A stretch of DNA of 53,477 nucleotides from Octopus bimaculoides (lineage: Eukaryota), in NCBI RefSeq assembly GCF_001194135.2, contig NC_068986.1, positions 21,800,805 to 21,854,281 on the forward strand. Direction: 5' to 3'. Every line of letters begins with the position of its first letter. Within the stretch, counting starts at the first letter, position 1. Under the pieces are notes generated by a model. It was given only the letters and a program-made list of their open reading frames with translations. It ran no database searches and was not told where the DNA came from. This document shows positions 36,128 to 49,859 of the stretch, piece after piece. The position numbers and the translations under genes were made by a program.

Positions 36128-36454
36128 ATGATAAATTTCTAAGTTGAATTCTAGTCCTTTTATTAATCTGAGCAATCGGACTATATGTTCGCTAAGCAAG
36201 ATCGCTTCAATGTTTTAGAAAGTGTTTCACCAAAATACTTGTTTCAAAGCATTCCATTTAACCTTGCTCTTAGAATTGAGCTCCACTGTAGGTTATAGAC
36301 TGAATAGGCCATGCTTCTGCTTTTTAAATATACCTTCATTAATTATTGAGATGTTATGACAAAGGTTATTGATTTACAACTAATCACCAGTCAGGTTTTC
36401 TTATCAAACAAAAATTCTATCTCTAAGAATTTTTATTATTCTAGAACTTGAACT

Positions 36455-36622
36455 CTTCTCTGAGTGGTTGGCGTTAGGAAGGGCATCCAGCTGTAGAAAC
36501 TCTGCCAAATTTAGATTGGAGCCTGGTGTTGCCATCCGGTTTCACCAGTCCTCAGTCAAATCGTCCAACCCATGCTAGCATGGAAAGCGGACGTTAAACG
36601 ATGATGATGATGATGATGATGA
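36455..36622 (+). mobile_element. RTE-tailed element 3' end
   Basis: ctctgagtggttggcgttaggaagggcatcc...gcggacgttaaac(gat)n. Confidence 0.8.
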
Positions 36623-37159
36623 TATATATATTTGTTTAGTGTTGACTGTTGGAAGAAAGAGTACTTTATGTCATTCTAGAAAAGAATATTTTTATTTTGA
36701 TCAAGTCTCCTGCTACTCTATGTATCCACAAGCGAAACACAGAATGGCAAATCCCTGATTCAACCAAAATAAAAACAATTCATACATGTATTTACTGATT
36801 TTACTATATATACAATACAAAATCAACTGACTCCCTCCCCACAAATTGCTGCCATTCTGCCTAAATTAGAAACTTTTATCTATTGAAGTTTAGTGGTTAT
36901 GGGTTTGATGGGTTGGTAGCACTGTTAGAAGACATTCATAATAATATTCTAATATTTAGTCGTTTGTTTGATTGCTGGCGATGTTTGTGAAATTAATATT
37001 TTGAAACTATTTTGTAATATATCTATTTTTCATGTTAAAGGTGCTATTTGGAATAATAAATTAATTTTGTTGAATTGACTGCATATAAATAGAAATTCAT
37101 ATTTCATTTTGTCTCCAGATATCTGAGATGATTATGATTATCATTGTTATTATTATTGC

Positions 37160-37790
37160 TAAGGCGGTGAGCTGGCAGAATCGTTAGCACCTCGGGCGAA
37201 ATGTTTAGCGGTATTTCACCCATCGTTCTGAGTTCAAATTCTGCCGAGGTCGACTTTGCCTTTCATCCTTTCGGAGTCGATAAATTAAGTACCAGTTGCA
37301 TACTGGGGTCGATCTAACTGACTGGCCCCTACCTAAATTTTTGGGCCTTGTGCCTAGAGTAGAAAAGATTATTATTATTAAGGTAGTGAGCTGGCAGAAT
37401 TGTTAGCACACCAGGTGAAATGCTTAGCGCTATTTTGCCCATTGCTGCATTCTGAGTTCAAATTCTGCCGAGGTCAACTTTGCTTTTCATCCTTTCGGGG
37501 GTCGATAAATTAAGCACCAGTTGTGTACTGGGGTCGATGTAATCGACTTAAGCCCCTCCCCAAATTTCAGGCCTTGTGCCTATAGTAGAAAGGATTATTA
37601 TTATTAAAATGGCAAGCTGGCAGAATCATTACAATCTGAGTTCAAATTCCGCCAAGGTCGACTTTGCCTTTCATCCTTTTGTGGGTTGATAAAATAAGTA
37701 CCAGTTGAGCACTGGAGTCGATGTAATTGACTAAACCCCACTCCCCAGAAATTGCTGGCCTTGTACCAAAATTTGAAAGCATTATTATTG
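37160..37790 (+). mobile_element. Three head-to-tail family B SINEs
   Basis: Copies at about 37160, 37379 and 37607 joined by short (tta)n; the third has an internal deletion. Confidence 0.85.
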
Positions 37791-38748
37791 TTACTATGAT
37801 ATAGTAATTCTTGACCACACAAATTTTGGTTTGAAGCTCTGAACTTAGAAGTTTACATTAACTTAAGATCATACTTGATGAAAGCATCAATAAAATGAGT
37901 TTGTCTATGTAGATGTGTATAATATGAATATTATGTATATTTTACATACAGTTCACACTACAGTACGTTATAAACCAGAGATCACAATGATTTTCAGCAC
38001 CTTCTGAGATCATCACCTTGCTGTTGAGCAGCATTGATGGTGTCAAAGAATACCTAAATTCCTTTGGCTTACATTGATCTAATTTGATTCCTGAGACAGT
38101 TGTCTGCAGGCTTGAACTTAAAATGCTAAGCAACCAGTGAAGTGCTGTACTTCATTATTTACAGTTCTATTAGATTTAAGCCAAGAGTAGAAAAGTAGTC
38201 CAAGTAGTTGTTGTTATTTTACATTCTGGAATATTATGGAATGCCACATATTTTCCCATGAATCTGTTGGCTGCTTTTACATTTTATGGCAATAGTCATT
38301 TTCTGTGCTTTATCTTTACTTTCTTAAGCCTTCGTTACCAACCCTAATTCTATTTTTGGTGAGTTGTAGTGCACTTGAGCACTATACACAATATTATTAT
38401 TATTATTATTATCATCATTATTATTATTATAAAACCCTGTTTTAAAATGTTCATATTTTATGAAAAATTTTCATTGTAATTTTATATAAGAAATTTTAGT
38501 TATAGTTTGTTCCAAATATTAGCTTAATATTGCAAAAATATATGAAAAAAAAATAATGAATAGTCCCATTATTTTACTAAATCCCTCCATATTCTTACTT
38601 ATTTTCAAATTTAACCGAAACACACATTGTATTTCATTAGAAATGTAGTCAAGAACGGATTAAAGTAATATTTATTGGAGATAAAATACAGTATGTTACA
38701 TAGTAATATGTACACGACCTTGAGCCAAAGTCATAAATTATATATATA

Positions 38749-38795
<47 letters not shown>

Positions 38796-39814
38796 CCAGC
38801 TGGAAGTGATTCACATCAAACCTACATTGACATACCTTTGCACCCGGTGCAAAATAAAGAAGAAAAGTCTGTCTCAACAATTGGACTAATTAGCCATCAA
38901 AAGGCACATAAATGTTTACATTTTCTACATTACATAATAAATCAATAACCTAGTGGATATCTTGTCTGGTAATGAGGGATTCAACAACAGCAATATAATA
39001 TTTGAATAAAAGAAGCTGTGATAACGCATACATGTGTGCACACATATGTATATATATATATATGTGTGTGTGTGTTTATAATGTTAAGAGGTTAAAAACA
39101 AAAGGAGAAATTACTTAGAGAACTTTTCCATTAGTAAAAGGAGGAAAATTTTTATCAAATTATGCTACTGGTTTCAATTAATTAAGCCATTTTACTCATG
39201 TAATAAAAGGAAATTAATGTTTCACGAAAGCAGTTCTGAAAGTTCACGATAACAGTTGTCGGTCTCCTGATGACTACTGAGTCACAATGGTAGAATCAGT
39301 TTTAGCAGTGGCTGTTGTTAAAACTGTTACTACTACTACTGCTACTGCTGCCCAACTGCCATCAGAAGGAGGTCAACTACTAACATTATGTGAATTTTAT
39401 AAGAAAAATATGAACTTTCAGAACTGCTATCATGAAATATTAATTTAATTTAATTTCAATTATTTTCACTTTTAAATTGGCTTAAGCAATTGATACCAGT
39501 AACATATTTTGACAAAAATGTAAATATTTTCTTCCTATTATTCAAGTTCTCAAAAGTACTTTTTGTTTTTAACACACACACACACAAACATACACACATA
39601 CAACTTCTTTTATTCAAATTTCAAATTCACAATGCTTTCTCACCCCCACCATTTACATGATGTACAATAAAATCGTATCAAAGTTAGCATATGTCAAATA
39701 AACTGCTGTAGATTGTGTATGAAATGTGCAGAATAGGTGCTAAACAAACGAAAACTGCTGTTGTTGCTCTTACAACAGATTCTGCTGCTATTCTTTAAAT
39801 GCAGATATATATAT

Positions 39815-40160
39815 ACTCTTTTACTTGTTTCAGTCATTTGACTGTGGCCATGCTGGAGCACCACCTTTAGTCGAGCAAATCGACCCCAGGACTTATTCTT
39901 TGGAAGCCTAGTACTTATTCTATCAGTCTCTTTTGCCGAACCGGTAAGTTACGGGGACTTAAACACACCAGCATCGGTTGTCAAGTGATGTTGGGGGGAC
40001 AAACACAGACACACAAACACATACACACACATACATATATATATATTTATATATACATATATACGACAGGCTTCTTTCAGTTTCCGTCTACCAAATCCAC
40101 TCACAAGGCTTTCGTCGGCTCGAGGCTATAGTAGAAGACACTTGCCCAAGGTGCCACACT
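39815..40160 (-). mobile_element. SINE family A
   Basis: Matches family A consensus. Confidence 0.8.
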
Positions 40161-40488
40161 ATACATTCTTTTAGAATATCTGATTGTTGTTTAGACCCAG
40201 GTCAACCTTGATCAAACAATCTTATAACGAAAGGCATTCTAGCTGTGACCACCCTGTCGTTTTAGGAAGGGATGTAAGAATACATTATCTAATGTGTGCT
40301 TGCTTATTGGAGGGTTTGGTTGCTGGTCAAGCAATCATATAAAGCTTTTCTCATTGGCATATAGTAATATGTATCTGCTATTTATTTGTTTTTTCCTAAT
40401 GTGTGCCAGGGCTTTGATTTCATCCTAATTGAAGTCATTTAATTTCTCTTATATTGCTAATATCATTAGAGATAACATCTTTCTTTAA

Positions 40489-40696
40489 CCCTTTTGATAC
40501 CATCTCACCTAAAACCACCTCTGGTTCTGTAATATAAACTTCCTGTTTTAAAGTGATCTTCCAACAAAACTTCATGTTAATTTATGTTCCAAACACCAGC
40601 TTGAAAATGATAATTATTTTACAAAATTCTCTCTAATTTTCAAAAGTAAATGAAACAAAGGCAGTCTATTTCAACAGAAATTTGGTAACAAAAGGG
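40489..40696. mobile_element. piggyBac-type MITE
   Basis: TTAA|CCCTTTTGATACCA...TGGTAACAAAAGGG|TTAA. Confidence 0.8.
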
Positions 40697-40934
40697 TTAA
40701 TAAATATATATATACTGCTTCATACCTGTATGAGAAAGCATGGTTTTTATTTTCTTCCTTGTTATCATTGCAAATGTGGTGTGTTAGAGAAATGCCACAT
40801 GGTCTGACTAAATGCTCTGTAGTATTCAAATTCAATCTTCTACATTTTTCTCTTCAAATCCCACCCAAGTCAACTTTTCTTTCATCCATATAGAGTAGCG
40901 TTGGGCATCATTGATTAAGTACCAGTAACACCTT

Positions 40935-41285
40935 TTATATTTCACTTGCTTCAGTCATTGGACTGCAGCCATGCTGGGACATTGCTTTGATGGGTGTAGT
41001 TGAACAAATCGAGCCTAGTACATATGTTTGTTTTTTTTTTAAGTCTGGTACTTATTCTATTGATCCCTTTGGATGAGCCTCTAAGTTATAGGGACATAAA
41101 CAAACCAACACCACTTATCAAACAATGGTGAGGGGACTAGCACATAGATACACACACACACACAATGGGATTCCATACAGTTTCCATCTAGCAAATTCAC
41201 TCACAGGGCATTGCCCAAGGTGTCGTGCAGTAGAACTGAACCCAAAACCATGTGGTTGCCAAGCAAGCTTCTTAACCACACATCA
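40935..41285 (-). mobile_element. Diverged family A SINE
   Basis: Recognisable tail, core and head with many substitutions. Confidence 0.6.
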
Positions 41286-42859
41286 ATGAATGCTATGCCG
41301 ATACTGAAAAAATAGTCTCTTTTTTTTTCAAGTTACTCCTCTGTAACATATGTCTGAAGATCTAATTAATGGCGCTTCCATGCATTTAGGTGCAGTAGTG
41401 AAGAAACATTACCAATATAAGATATTTTGAGAGTTTTATTTATTTATTTTATATTTGAAGAAAATTATCTTCAAAAATGTATTGCAACAGGTCAACAATG
41501 ATTTAGCAGACCCAGAATCAAAGATATACCAACCATTACCATTCCCCGTTCTTTTTTTTTTTTTTTTTTTTTCCACATAAGGGACTACAATATCTGATAT
41601 GTCTTCTTTTTTTTTTTAATCTATAATGGTAAGGTGTAATCTGAGGGAGATTTTATCTGCTTGGCAGGTCAAAAGACCACATAAAGCCATCCTTGTTGGT
41701 TCATCAAAGATGCTGGTTGTGGTGAAAGATTAGTGTTTTTGGCATTTGGAATTTTTGACTTTCTGGGATGTAAGGAAGAAAAAGGTAGAAAAACAACAGA
41801 TTGGTGCATGAACAGTTCTAATGTTAATTATTAAAATTGAAGGAGGCAATACTATACAAGGCCATCATCACTCTAATAATTTGGCCTTTAATTTGATGTA
41901 TGTATATCATATATAAATGTGTATGTATGTTTGTTTTTATGTACAGTTATATATAAAAACAGTAAAATATTAACTGAAGGATCAGTTGAAAAATTTAAGT
42001 AGAATGTCATATTTATTTTTACAAGGAAAAGATTGGCAGTGACTTTGAAGTTTTGTTGTCTTTTTATAAGCTACCAAAAACACTATTAAACCACACCTAC
42101 ATTGCAACCACTAAGCCCCATCCATAAGATGAACCAAAATATATATGAAAAGCCTGTAAAGCTAGAAAACTTTACAGTATGATAAAAACAATGACAACAA
42201 AACTTTGAAGTCACTGTCAACTGTTAACTTGTTAAAAACACACACATACATATGATAAATTGTGTGCTTGTTAGAGTTAAGAAATTTTAAAATGCTTTAT
42301 GTAAATTTACTATGAACAAGCAAATGTAGCTTGGAATTGTGGACTATTATGAAATTCAGTTTAATGTCAGGACTGACTCTTAAATGTGTTACATATAAGG
42401 ACTGTGATAATTTATACTGAAAATGATAAATTTTAATTAAAACCATGGTTTTATGTAGACATAAGAAACTCAAGATAATTTTAACAATAAACTGTGTTTA
42501 ATTAATGTTAATTAAAAGCATAATGATTTTTACTGAAAAGTGCATTTATATAACAAATAAAATAAAATTTGTATTTTGGATGTTTTAAATAAATTCAAAT
42601 TACATATTTGTAGTTTTTTTTCATTTTTATTTATATTTGAAGTACATGTCAATTATAAAGTATCTCTCAGGGATCATTTTTCATGTAGCTTTCTTACCTT
42701 GTATAAAGGGGTTTTTTTTTTCATCGTTTTCACTGTTAAATATATAAATTAATTTAATTTCAATATCATTATAGAGATCACAGGAAAATCAAGTGGGGAA
42801 CAGACATTGTATTGTTTATAGCTCAAGACATATTTTTCACTGGCTGAGTTAAGTTAGAC

Positions 42860-43402
42860 TTAGCCCATTGGCATTTAAAGCAGTAATTTCCAACCTGAAT
42901 ATTCAGCCTGTTTTACATTCAAACCAATCAGATCCAACCTCTCACACCTACCCTACAATGTCATTCTAAAAAAATAAACAATCATCATCAAACTCTTGAA
43001 ATTTACAAGATAATGTATGATTAATTCAAAGGAATGAAGGACCCCACTTCGGTCATGAATGATCATGGGGGTAAGGTTGTTTATAGAAGACCAGCAGTCA
43101 CCCATGCATACTGGCCTCCCCTCTCCACAACAGCGGTGTTACCCAAGGGAAAGACAAAGGCTGACACAGCTTGGCACCAGTGACATCACAACTCATTTCT
43201 ACAGCTGAGTTAACTGGAGCAACGTGAAATAAAGCGTCTTGCTCAAAAACACAACACAGTCTGATCCGGGAATTGAACTCACTACCTCATGATTGTGAGC
43301 CCAACACTTTAACCAATGAGCCATGTACCTTCACAATTAATTCAAAGCAATGTGAATACATTGGCATTTCTTTGACAGAATAATCTGAATGTCAAAGGAT
43401 TA
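42860..43402 (-). mobile_element. piggyBac-type MITE (9461 family) interrupted by a tRNA-headed SINE (about 43032-43334)
   Basis: Flanks are reverse-complementary to 9461-9684; SINE bounded by attaattcaaag direct repeats. Confidence 0.7.
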
Positions 43403-43937
43403 AGTTGTTATTTAGCCAAAGGCCAAACAGACCCCTGGCTAAAGATGTTCCACACGACTTATTTTTACAGGCATTGTACACCAAAGACTACATTATTCAA
43501 TGTGTCCTCCATTTTGAAGACGATGCAGTGTAATTTGAAGGAGATTTGACTGCTGTTACACATAAACACTCCTTTGTCAGCTGCAAGTTGTCTAACACTA
43601 GGTCAGTCTTAATATAGCTGATCCATGATGAAAGCCAATCCAACCATGACCAGCCAGTGCTTTTTTTTTCTTTCAAGATTACATTATCCCGTGTCCAATG
43701 TATCTTTTTTTAAGACAGTAGAATATCATCATCACCATCACCATCACCATTTCAACATCCACTTTTCCATGCTTCCATGGATCAGACAGAATTTGTTGAG
43801 GCAGATTTCTTACAGCTAGATAACCTTCTTGTTGCCAACCCTCATTTGTTTCCAAGTAAGATGATATTTCTCTCTGATCAGACATGTTTACAACAGTCAT
43901 GTGATGTCAAGGCTATAAAACACAGACATACATACAT

Positions 43938-43987
<50 letters not shown>

Positions 43988-44239
43988 ATTTGTGGATTAA
44001 CCAGGCTACCATTGGTTTCATGTTGAGAGAGAGATCTCTTAACAATTATCAATTCTGTCACATGGGACGTAGGTGTTTGTCTCCATCTTGGATAAAAACT
44101 TAATAAAATAAACAAGGTTGCATGAGATTTTGGAGTAAACAAATAAATATGCATAACAGGGGAAACAACTCTCAAAATATCCACCAATGCAGTGTTGAGC
44201 ATTCATTCTCACTTCATTAATGTGTACAAGTATATATAT

Positions 44240-44585
44240 ATACACACACACAAACACACAACAGACTTCTTTCAGTTTCCATCTACCAAATCCTTCCTTA
44301 AGGCTACAGTAGAAGATGAATAAGATATTCAAAATAATAAATTTTAGTAAATTTAATGAATATGTCTTGCTTGCTTAAGATATAAGAGGGAAAAGAAAAG
44401 ATTTTTTTTCTAAAAAAGAAACAATTACATGATAATTTATAGTTTTGTTTAAAATCCAAAGAAACATATCTAGTTTCAATGTTTAAAATCTAAATTTATT
44501 TTTGAAAGTTTTATTTAAGGTACCACACTGGAACTGAACCCGAAACAATATCATTGGGAAGCAAACATTTTACCACACAACCACA
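44240..44585 (-). mobile_element. Family A SINE remnant split by a ~200-bp AT-rich insertion
   Basis: SINE sequence ends at gtagaaga (44316) and resumes at aaggtaccacac (44517). Confidence 0.65.
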
Positions 44586-46374
44586 GGAGGAAAATGCGAC
44601 TGCTATTTCTACCATGCTGAATGATCAGCTAAAGGCTCCATTCATTAATGCAGATATACTTTGCAATGATTATAGAACCAACAAATCATTTGTTAGTTTA
44701 CAATAGTGTTGAATTTCCTCAACAGGGAAAACTATCTGCATTGAGACAATTTGTCTGCTTAATGTCTTATATTTGTAATGAACCTACAGGCTCATTAGGC
44801 CAGAACTTATCTTGATTTCCCCAATATATAAGCAACCAAAAGTACAAAACATCCCCCTTTTTTTTTTGAACAGGACACAAGTTTATTTCGTGAGGAGATG
44901 AAGTAGGCACTTGGACAAAATCATCATCATCATTATCATTGTTGTTTTGATATTCATTTTTCCAAGACTTGCACAAGGTCAGAGGTTACTGAGGATGCTT
45001 TTCCTGTGGCCAAACCTCATCTGTAAAGTAATATTTCCCTCATGGCTGGACACATTTTCATGGAAGATTGAAAATGATGTTGACACTCATTCACAATTAT
45101 CATATCAAGATAAGATACAAATACACATATATATACACACTTAGAATATGGATGTTAAATGATGATAGATAAATAAATAATATATATATATATATATAAT
45201 AATAATACAAATGATATGTGAGCATATGTATATATACATACATATATGTACATACCTACATCTACATGTATATATAGATGCATATCCAAGTACAGGATGT
45301 CAAAAAAGGAATGGGAACATAAACAAAGCACAAAAAAAACGAACTTTTTTTATGGACAACAGAATGAACATATAGGAAAACAGACAAGCCACGTATGGAA
45401 CTTTTCCTTCATCAGCTGCCTCTATTCTAAACTAGGCGTTTCAAAGATGAGGCAGAACACGCTCTTAGAATAGCTCTCTCTCTATATATATATACATGAC
45501 ATTCTTTTTCAGTTTCCAACTACCAAATCTTTGGTTTTGGTTGGCCTGGAAGACAATTTACCAAAGTGTCAAGCAATAGGACTGACTCCCAAACCATGTA
45601 ATTGAGAAGCAAACTTCTTACTAAAAATATACATTTTCTTTAGCCATGTTTGTATGGAAAATCTGACGTAAAAATAAGCAGAAACGAAATACATGTATGT
45701 AGAAAATGTAGCAATTGATAAAAGTCAAATCTGAAGTGATTGAGAAAGACAAGATAATATCAGAAAATAAATTTTTAAAAAAGAAATTATCAGTGCATTT
45801 TTTCTAGAAATTTATACAAAAAAAAAAACTAGGGTTTAAATTAAAAAATTTTTTTTAATTTACAAAAAATTATAGTTTACCTTGTTTTATTTTTTCTTTT
45901 ATTTTTTTTTCTTCTATAGTTTCAGCTGAAAGCTGCGGCCATGTTGATGCACCGCCGTTTATTGATTATATTTGTTTATTTTATGTCTGTTTGTCCATGC
46001 TAGCACTGGTTAAATATATTTTTTTGAGGTTTGTGTTATGGTTGGATGCACTTCCTGTTGCTTACCCTTACCTGTTTTTTCCAAGTAAGAGATCTCATAT
46101 TTAACAAGTATTTAAAGGCATGAAACAAATGGAGGATTTGTTGATAAGAAATGTGATAAAAACCGCCCCATCCATTGCTTGCAATTTTTGTAGGTTAAAA
46201 TCTAAGCATAAACATACATAGCTTATACAATGGACTTGCTTCACTTTCCACATATCAAATTCACTCACAAAGGATTTCATCATTCTAGGGCCACATTGTT
46301 ACACCACAAGAGAATTGGGCAATTAAATACGAGCAAGTAGTTGATGCTTTAGTTTAGAGAAATTTGAGTATTTC

Positions 46375-46982
46375 GTCTGTTTTTCTGAGTTCAAATTCCA
46401 CCAAGGTTGACTTTGCCTTTCAATCTTTCGGGGTCGATAAATTAAGTACCAGTTGCATACTGGGGTCAATCTAATCAACCTACCCCCTTCCCGAAAATTT
46501 TGGGCCTTGTGCCTAGAGTGGAAAAGTTTAGAGGAATTTGATATCCGGATGGCTGCCCCAGGCTCCAATCTGATCTGGCAGAGTTTCTACAGCTGGATGC
46601 CCTTCCTAACGCCAACCACTCCGAGAGTGTAGTGGGTGCTCTTACATGCCACCGGCACGAAGGCTAGTCAGGTGGTACTGGCAACAGCCACGCTCAAAAT
46701 GGTGTTTTATACATGCCACCTGCACAGGAGCCAGTCCAGCGGCACTGGTAATGACCTCGCTTGAATGTTTTCTAACGTGCCACCGGCACAAGTTCCAGTA
46801 AGGCGACGCTGGTAACGATCCTGCTCAAATGGTGCTATTTACATGCCACTGGAACAGAAGCCAGACAGTTGCTTTGGCAATGATCACACTTGGACGGTGC
46901 TGTTAGTGCTCCACTGGCACAGGTGCCAGTCATCGAATATCGTTCAAACTACGATTTCGATTTCACTTGCCCCAACAGGTCT
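46375..46982. mobile_element. Family B SINE (+, about 46375-46530) abutting an RTE-tailed element (-) with five ~65-bp tandem units
   Basis: Both consensus sequences visible; units at about 46634, 46700, 46767, 46830 and 46896. Confidence 0.75.
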
Positions 46983-47703
46983 TGTGTGTAATATTTAGCA
47001 TATTTTAGTGCATTTGGACATATGACCTGCTGCAGAAATAGTCCTGAATGCATTTGAACATGTTAATTATGACTTTATGTGAATATATTTTATTCAACAC
47101 TACCTTCTACAACATTATTTAATTCTAGCTTGACCAAATTTTATCCATATTGGTAAACTTACCAATTGCTGTTTTGATGAGAATAATCTTTATTTTTATC
47201 AAGCTGTGAATGACATATTTTGTTTTCATGGGCAACAAAGTGAAATGCACCTTTTCTGCAATCCAATGATATTCACAACCCTAAATGGGTTTTCACATGT
47301 AGAGGAGAATTTTCTCTCAGATCTATTTTTGTAGCAGCAGGTCTTATCACATCCAAAGGTGTTAAATATGACTTTATACGAATGTGTGTGTGTGACTGTT
47401 TCTGTATGCATTCAGATCAAGTAAATTAAAATTGAAATTAAGTTTACAAATATAATTTTTAAAAAAAACAGCTTTATTTTTTTTCTCATTATTACTGTTA
47501 AAAATATTAAAACAACAACAGTATGCAAAATAGCTGAAAATCTTTAATGAACAGTACTTTTACAAATTATGTTTTGTGTGTTAAAAGATTTGAACAGTGG
47601 TAACCATGACAACAATAATTGTTATATAGAATGGTAGTCTTTCTATATATTAAACATAGTGGAAAATTCAAAATTATTAATAATAATAATAATAATAATA
47701 ATA

Positions 47704-47925
47704 ATTCTTTCAACTTTTGGCACAAGGCCAGCAATTTTAGTAGGAGGTGGGTAGTCAATTATATTGATCCCAGTTTCCGAGTGGTACTTTATTTAATCGA
47801 CCACAAAAGAATGAAAGGCAAAGTTGGCCTTGGTGGAATTTGAACTAACGTAATGACTTGGAAGAAATACTGCAAAGCATTTTTTTTTTTCCGAGGCTCT
47901 AATAATTCTGCCAGCTCACCACCTT
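47704..47925 (-). mobile_element. SINE family B copy, minus strand, in (TAA)n
   Basis: Reverse complement of family B consensus. Confidence 0.75.
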
Positions 47926-49859
47926 AATAATAATAATAATAATAATAATTATAGTCATAAAAGATTTACTGTTTGATTACAAAGGTGGATACTTACTTCA
48001 TTAAAGACAGAAGTATAAAAAGATAAGATATTCAAAATATTAAATTTTAGTAAATTCAATGAATATGTCTTGTTTGCTTAAGATATATGAGAAAAAAGAA
48101 AATATTTTTTTTAAAAAAAAAGAGAAAATTACATGATAATTTATAGTTTAAAGATTAAAGTTTTTAATTATAATTTTGTTTAAAATCCAAAGAAACATAT
48201 CTAGTTTCAATGTTTAAAATCTAAATTTATTTTTGAAAGTTTTATTTAAGATTACTTAAAGAGAATTTCTATTTTGGAAAAAAAAAATGTAATGGATTGT
48301 AATTGTAAAATATTACTGATGTCAAAAAAATAGGCATGTACGTGTTTATGTGCATGTGTGTGTATGTGTATGTGTGCATGTGCATGTATATATATATATA
48401 TATGTATTTTAATATTTCACTTAAGCATAGTGATTGCACAAATGCTTCAGAATGAAGCATCAGTTAAGTATAGAGTTGAATAAGGAATTAGAATGATAAG
48501 GGAATAAACAATTATATTATGAACTTCATAACATAATTATTTATTTATTCCTTTGTCATTCTATTTTCTCATCTCCATTTTTTGTCTTTGTTGTTGTACA
48601 CATTCCCTTGCTTTCTTACAAAAAAATCTAATGCTCTTAGTTTAGACTTTTTTGTGGGGCAACCAGATTTCAACAGTCTCAAGTGTCACTTGCCCAAAAC
48701 TGTAGGGACGATCTGGAAACTTGACTGATGAAAGAAGGCTACAAATGACTCATTCATTTTTTTTCCTGTCCCTCTATTTGTTGTTTTCTTGTCTGCCTTT
48801 GTATCATGTATCTGTCCAGATGTTTTAATGTCCTCTATTGCATTTTTGTTCCATTTTATATATATATATATATATAGATAGATAGATAGATAGATATACA
48901 CACACACAATATATATAGTATTAATAATCATCAGGAGAATGGAGATTTTCCACATCTATAATTTTATTAAATAGGTCTATGAAAGAATACGGTAAATAAC
49001 TGTTTAATAAAATCATACATGAGGGAAATCTCTGTTCTCTTGACCATTATAAATTCTATTAGTTACTCAACAGAAACTATGCAGTTCTGAAAAGGACACT
49101 CGGATTTACCAAGTGTGAATAATTACCTGAGTCAAGTAACTTATTACTAACTCAGGTATAACCAACATCCGGTGTGGTTAGCCAGCATTGAAAATTAGTT
49201 TAAGAAGAAACACGGTAACCACCAGGATTATATATCCTTTTGGAACCATATATATATAGACAGATAGATAAATAGACATATACACACATTATATATACAT
49301 ATGTGTGTGTATACATTTTTGGGGGTAAACACTTGTGTACTGAGGGTGCTGTTGTATTCTGTCTCGAAATGCTGTAGTTGATGGTGGTGAAGCAGCCCTG
49401 TAGGTGTTTCAGCCCCTTCCACACACACACACACACACACAGGTCCAACTACATGTTTAAGAAGTTCTGCTTTGCAACCATGTGATTTCAGATTTAGTGC
49501 TGCTTCTTGGGTGTTTTCTACTGTTAGCCCCAGGTCAACTAATGTCATGCGAGGGAATTTGGTAGAAGGAAACTGAATGAAGCCTGTCAACAGGTACTCT
49601 CTCCTCACACTCTTATAACCATCTATCTGCCTCCCTGATCCACTGCCCATGTCAACTATCCTCGAAGGTTTTAATTTGGGACCCCATCACTACCTTCTTA
49701 CCTTTGTCCCAGATACTCCTAATCATTGTTATGTAAATGTGGGGGTGGCCATTACTTTCTCTATAGCATGACACCTTTGCTTGTCTCTCTTCACCCTATC
49801 AGATAACCCTCTCCCACTTAGTCACTTAGTAGTGTGGGTTTGTCCCTTTATTTGTTCTT

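Noticed and set aside
37942-38133. 63-aa minus-strand ORF with possible splice sites
   Set aside because: Weak acceptor, no partner exons and no motif.
46634-46935. CRISPR-like repeat-spacer appearance
   Set aside because: Eukaryotic context, mutually homologous spacers, degenerate repeats, located within a retroelement, and no cas genes.
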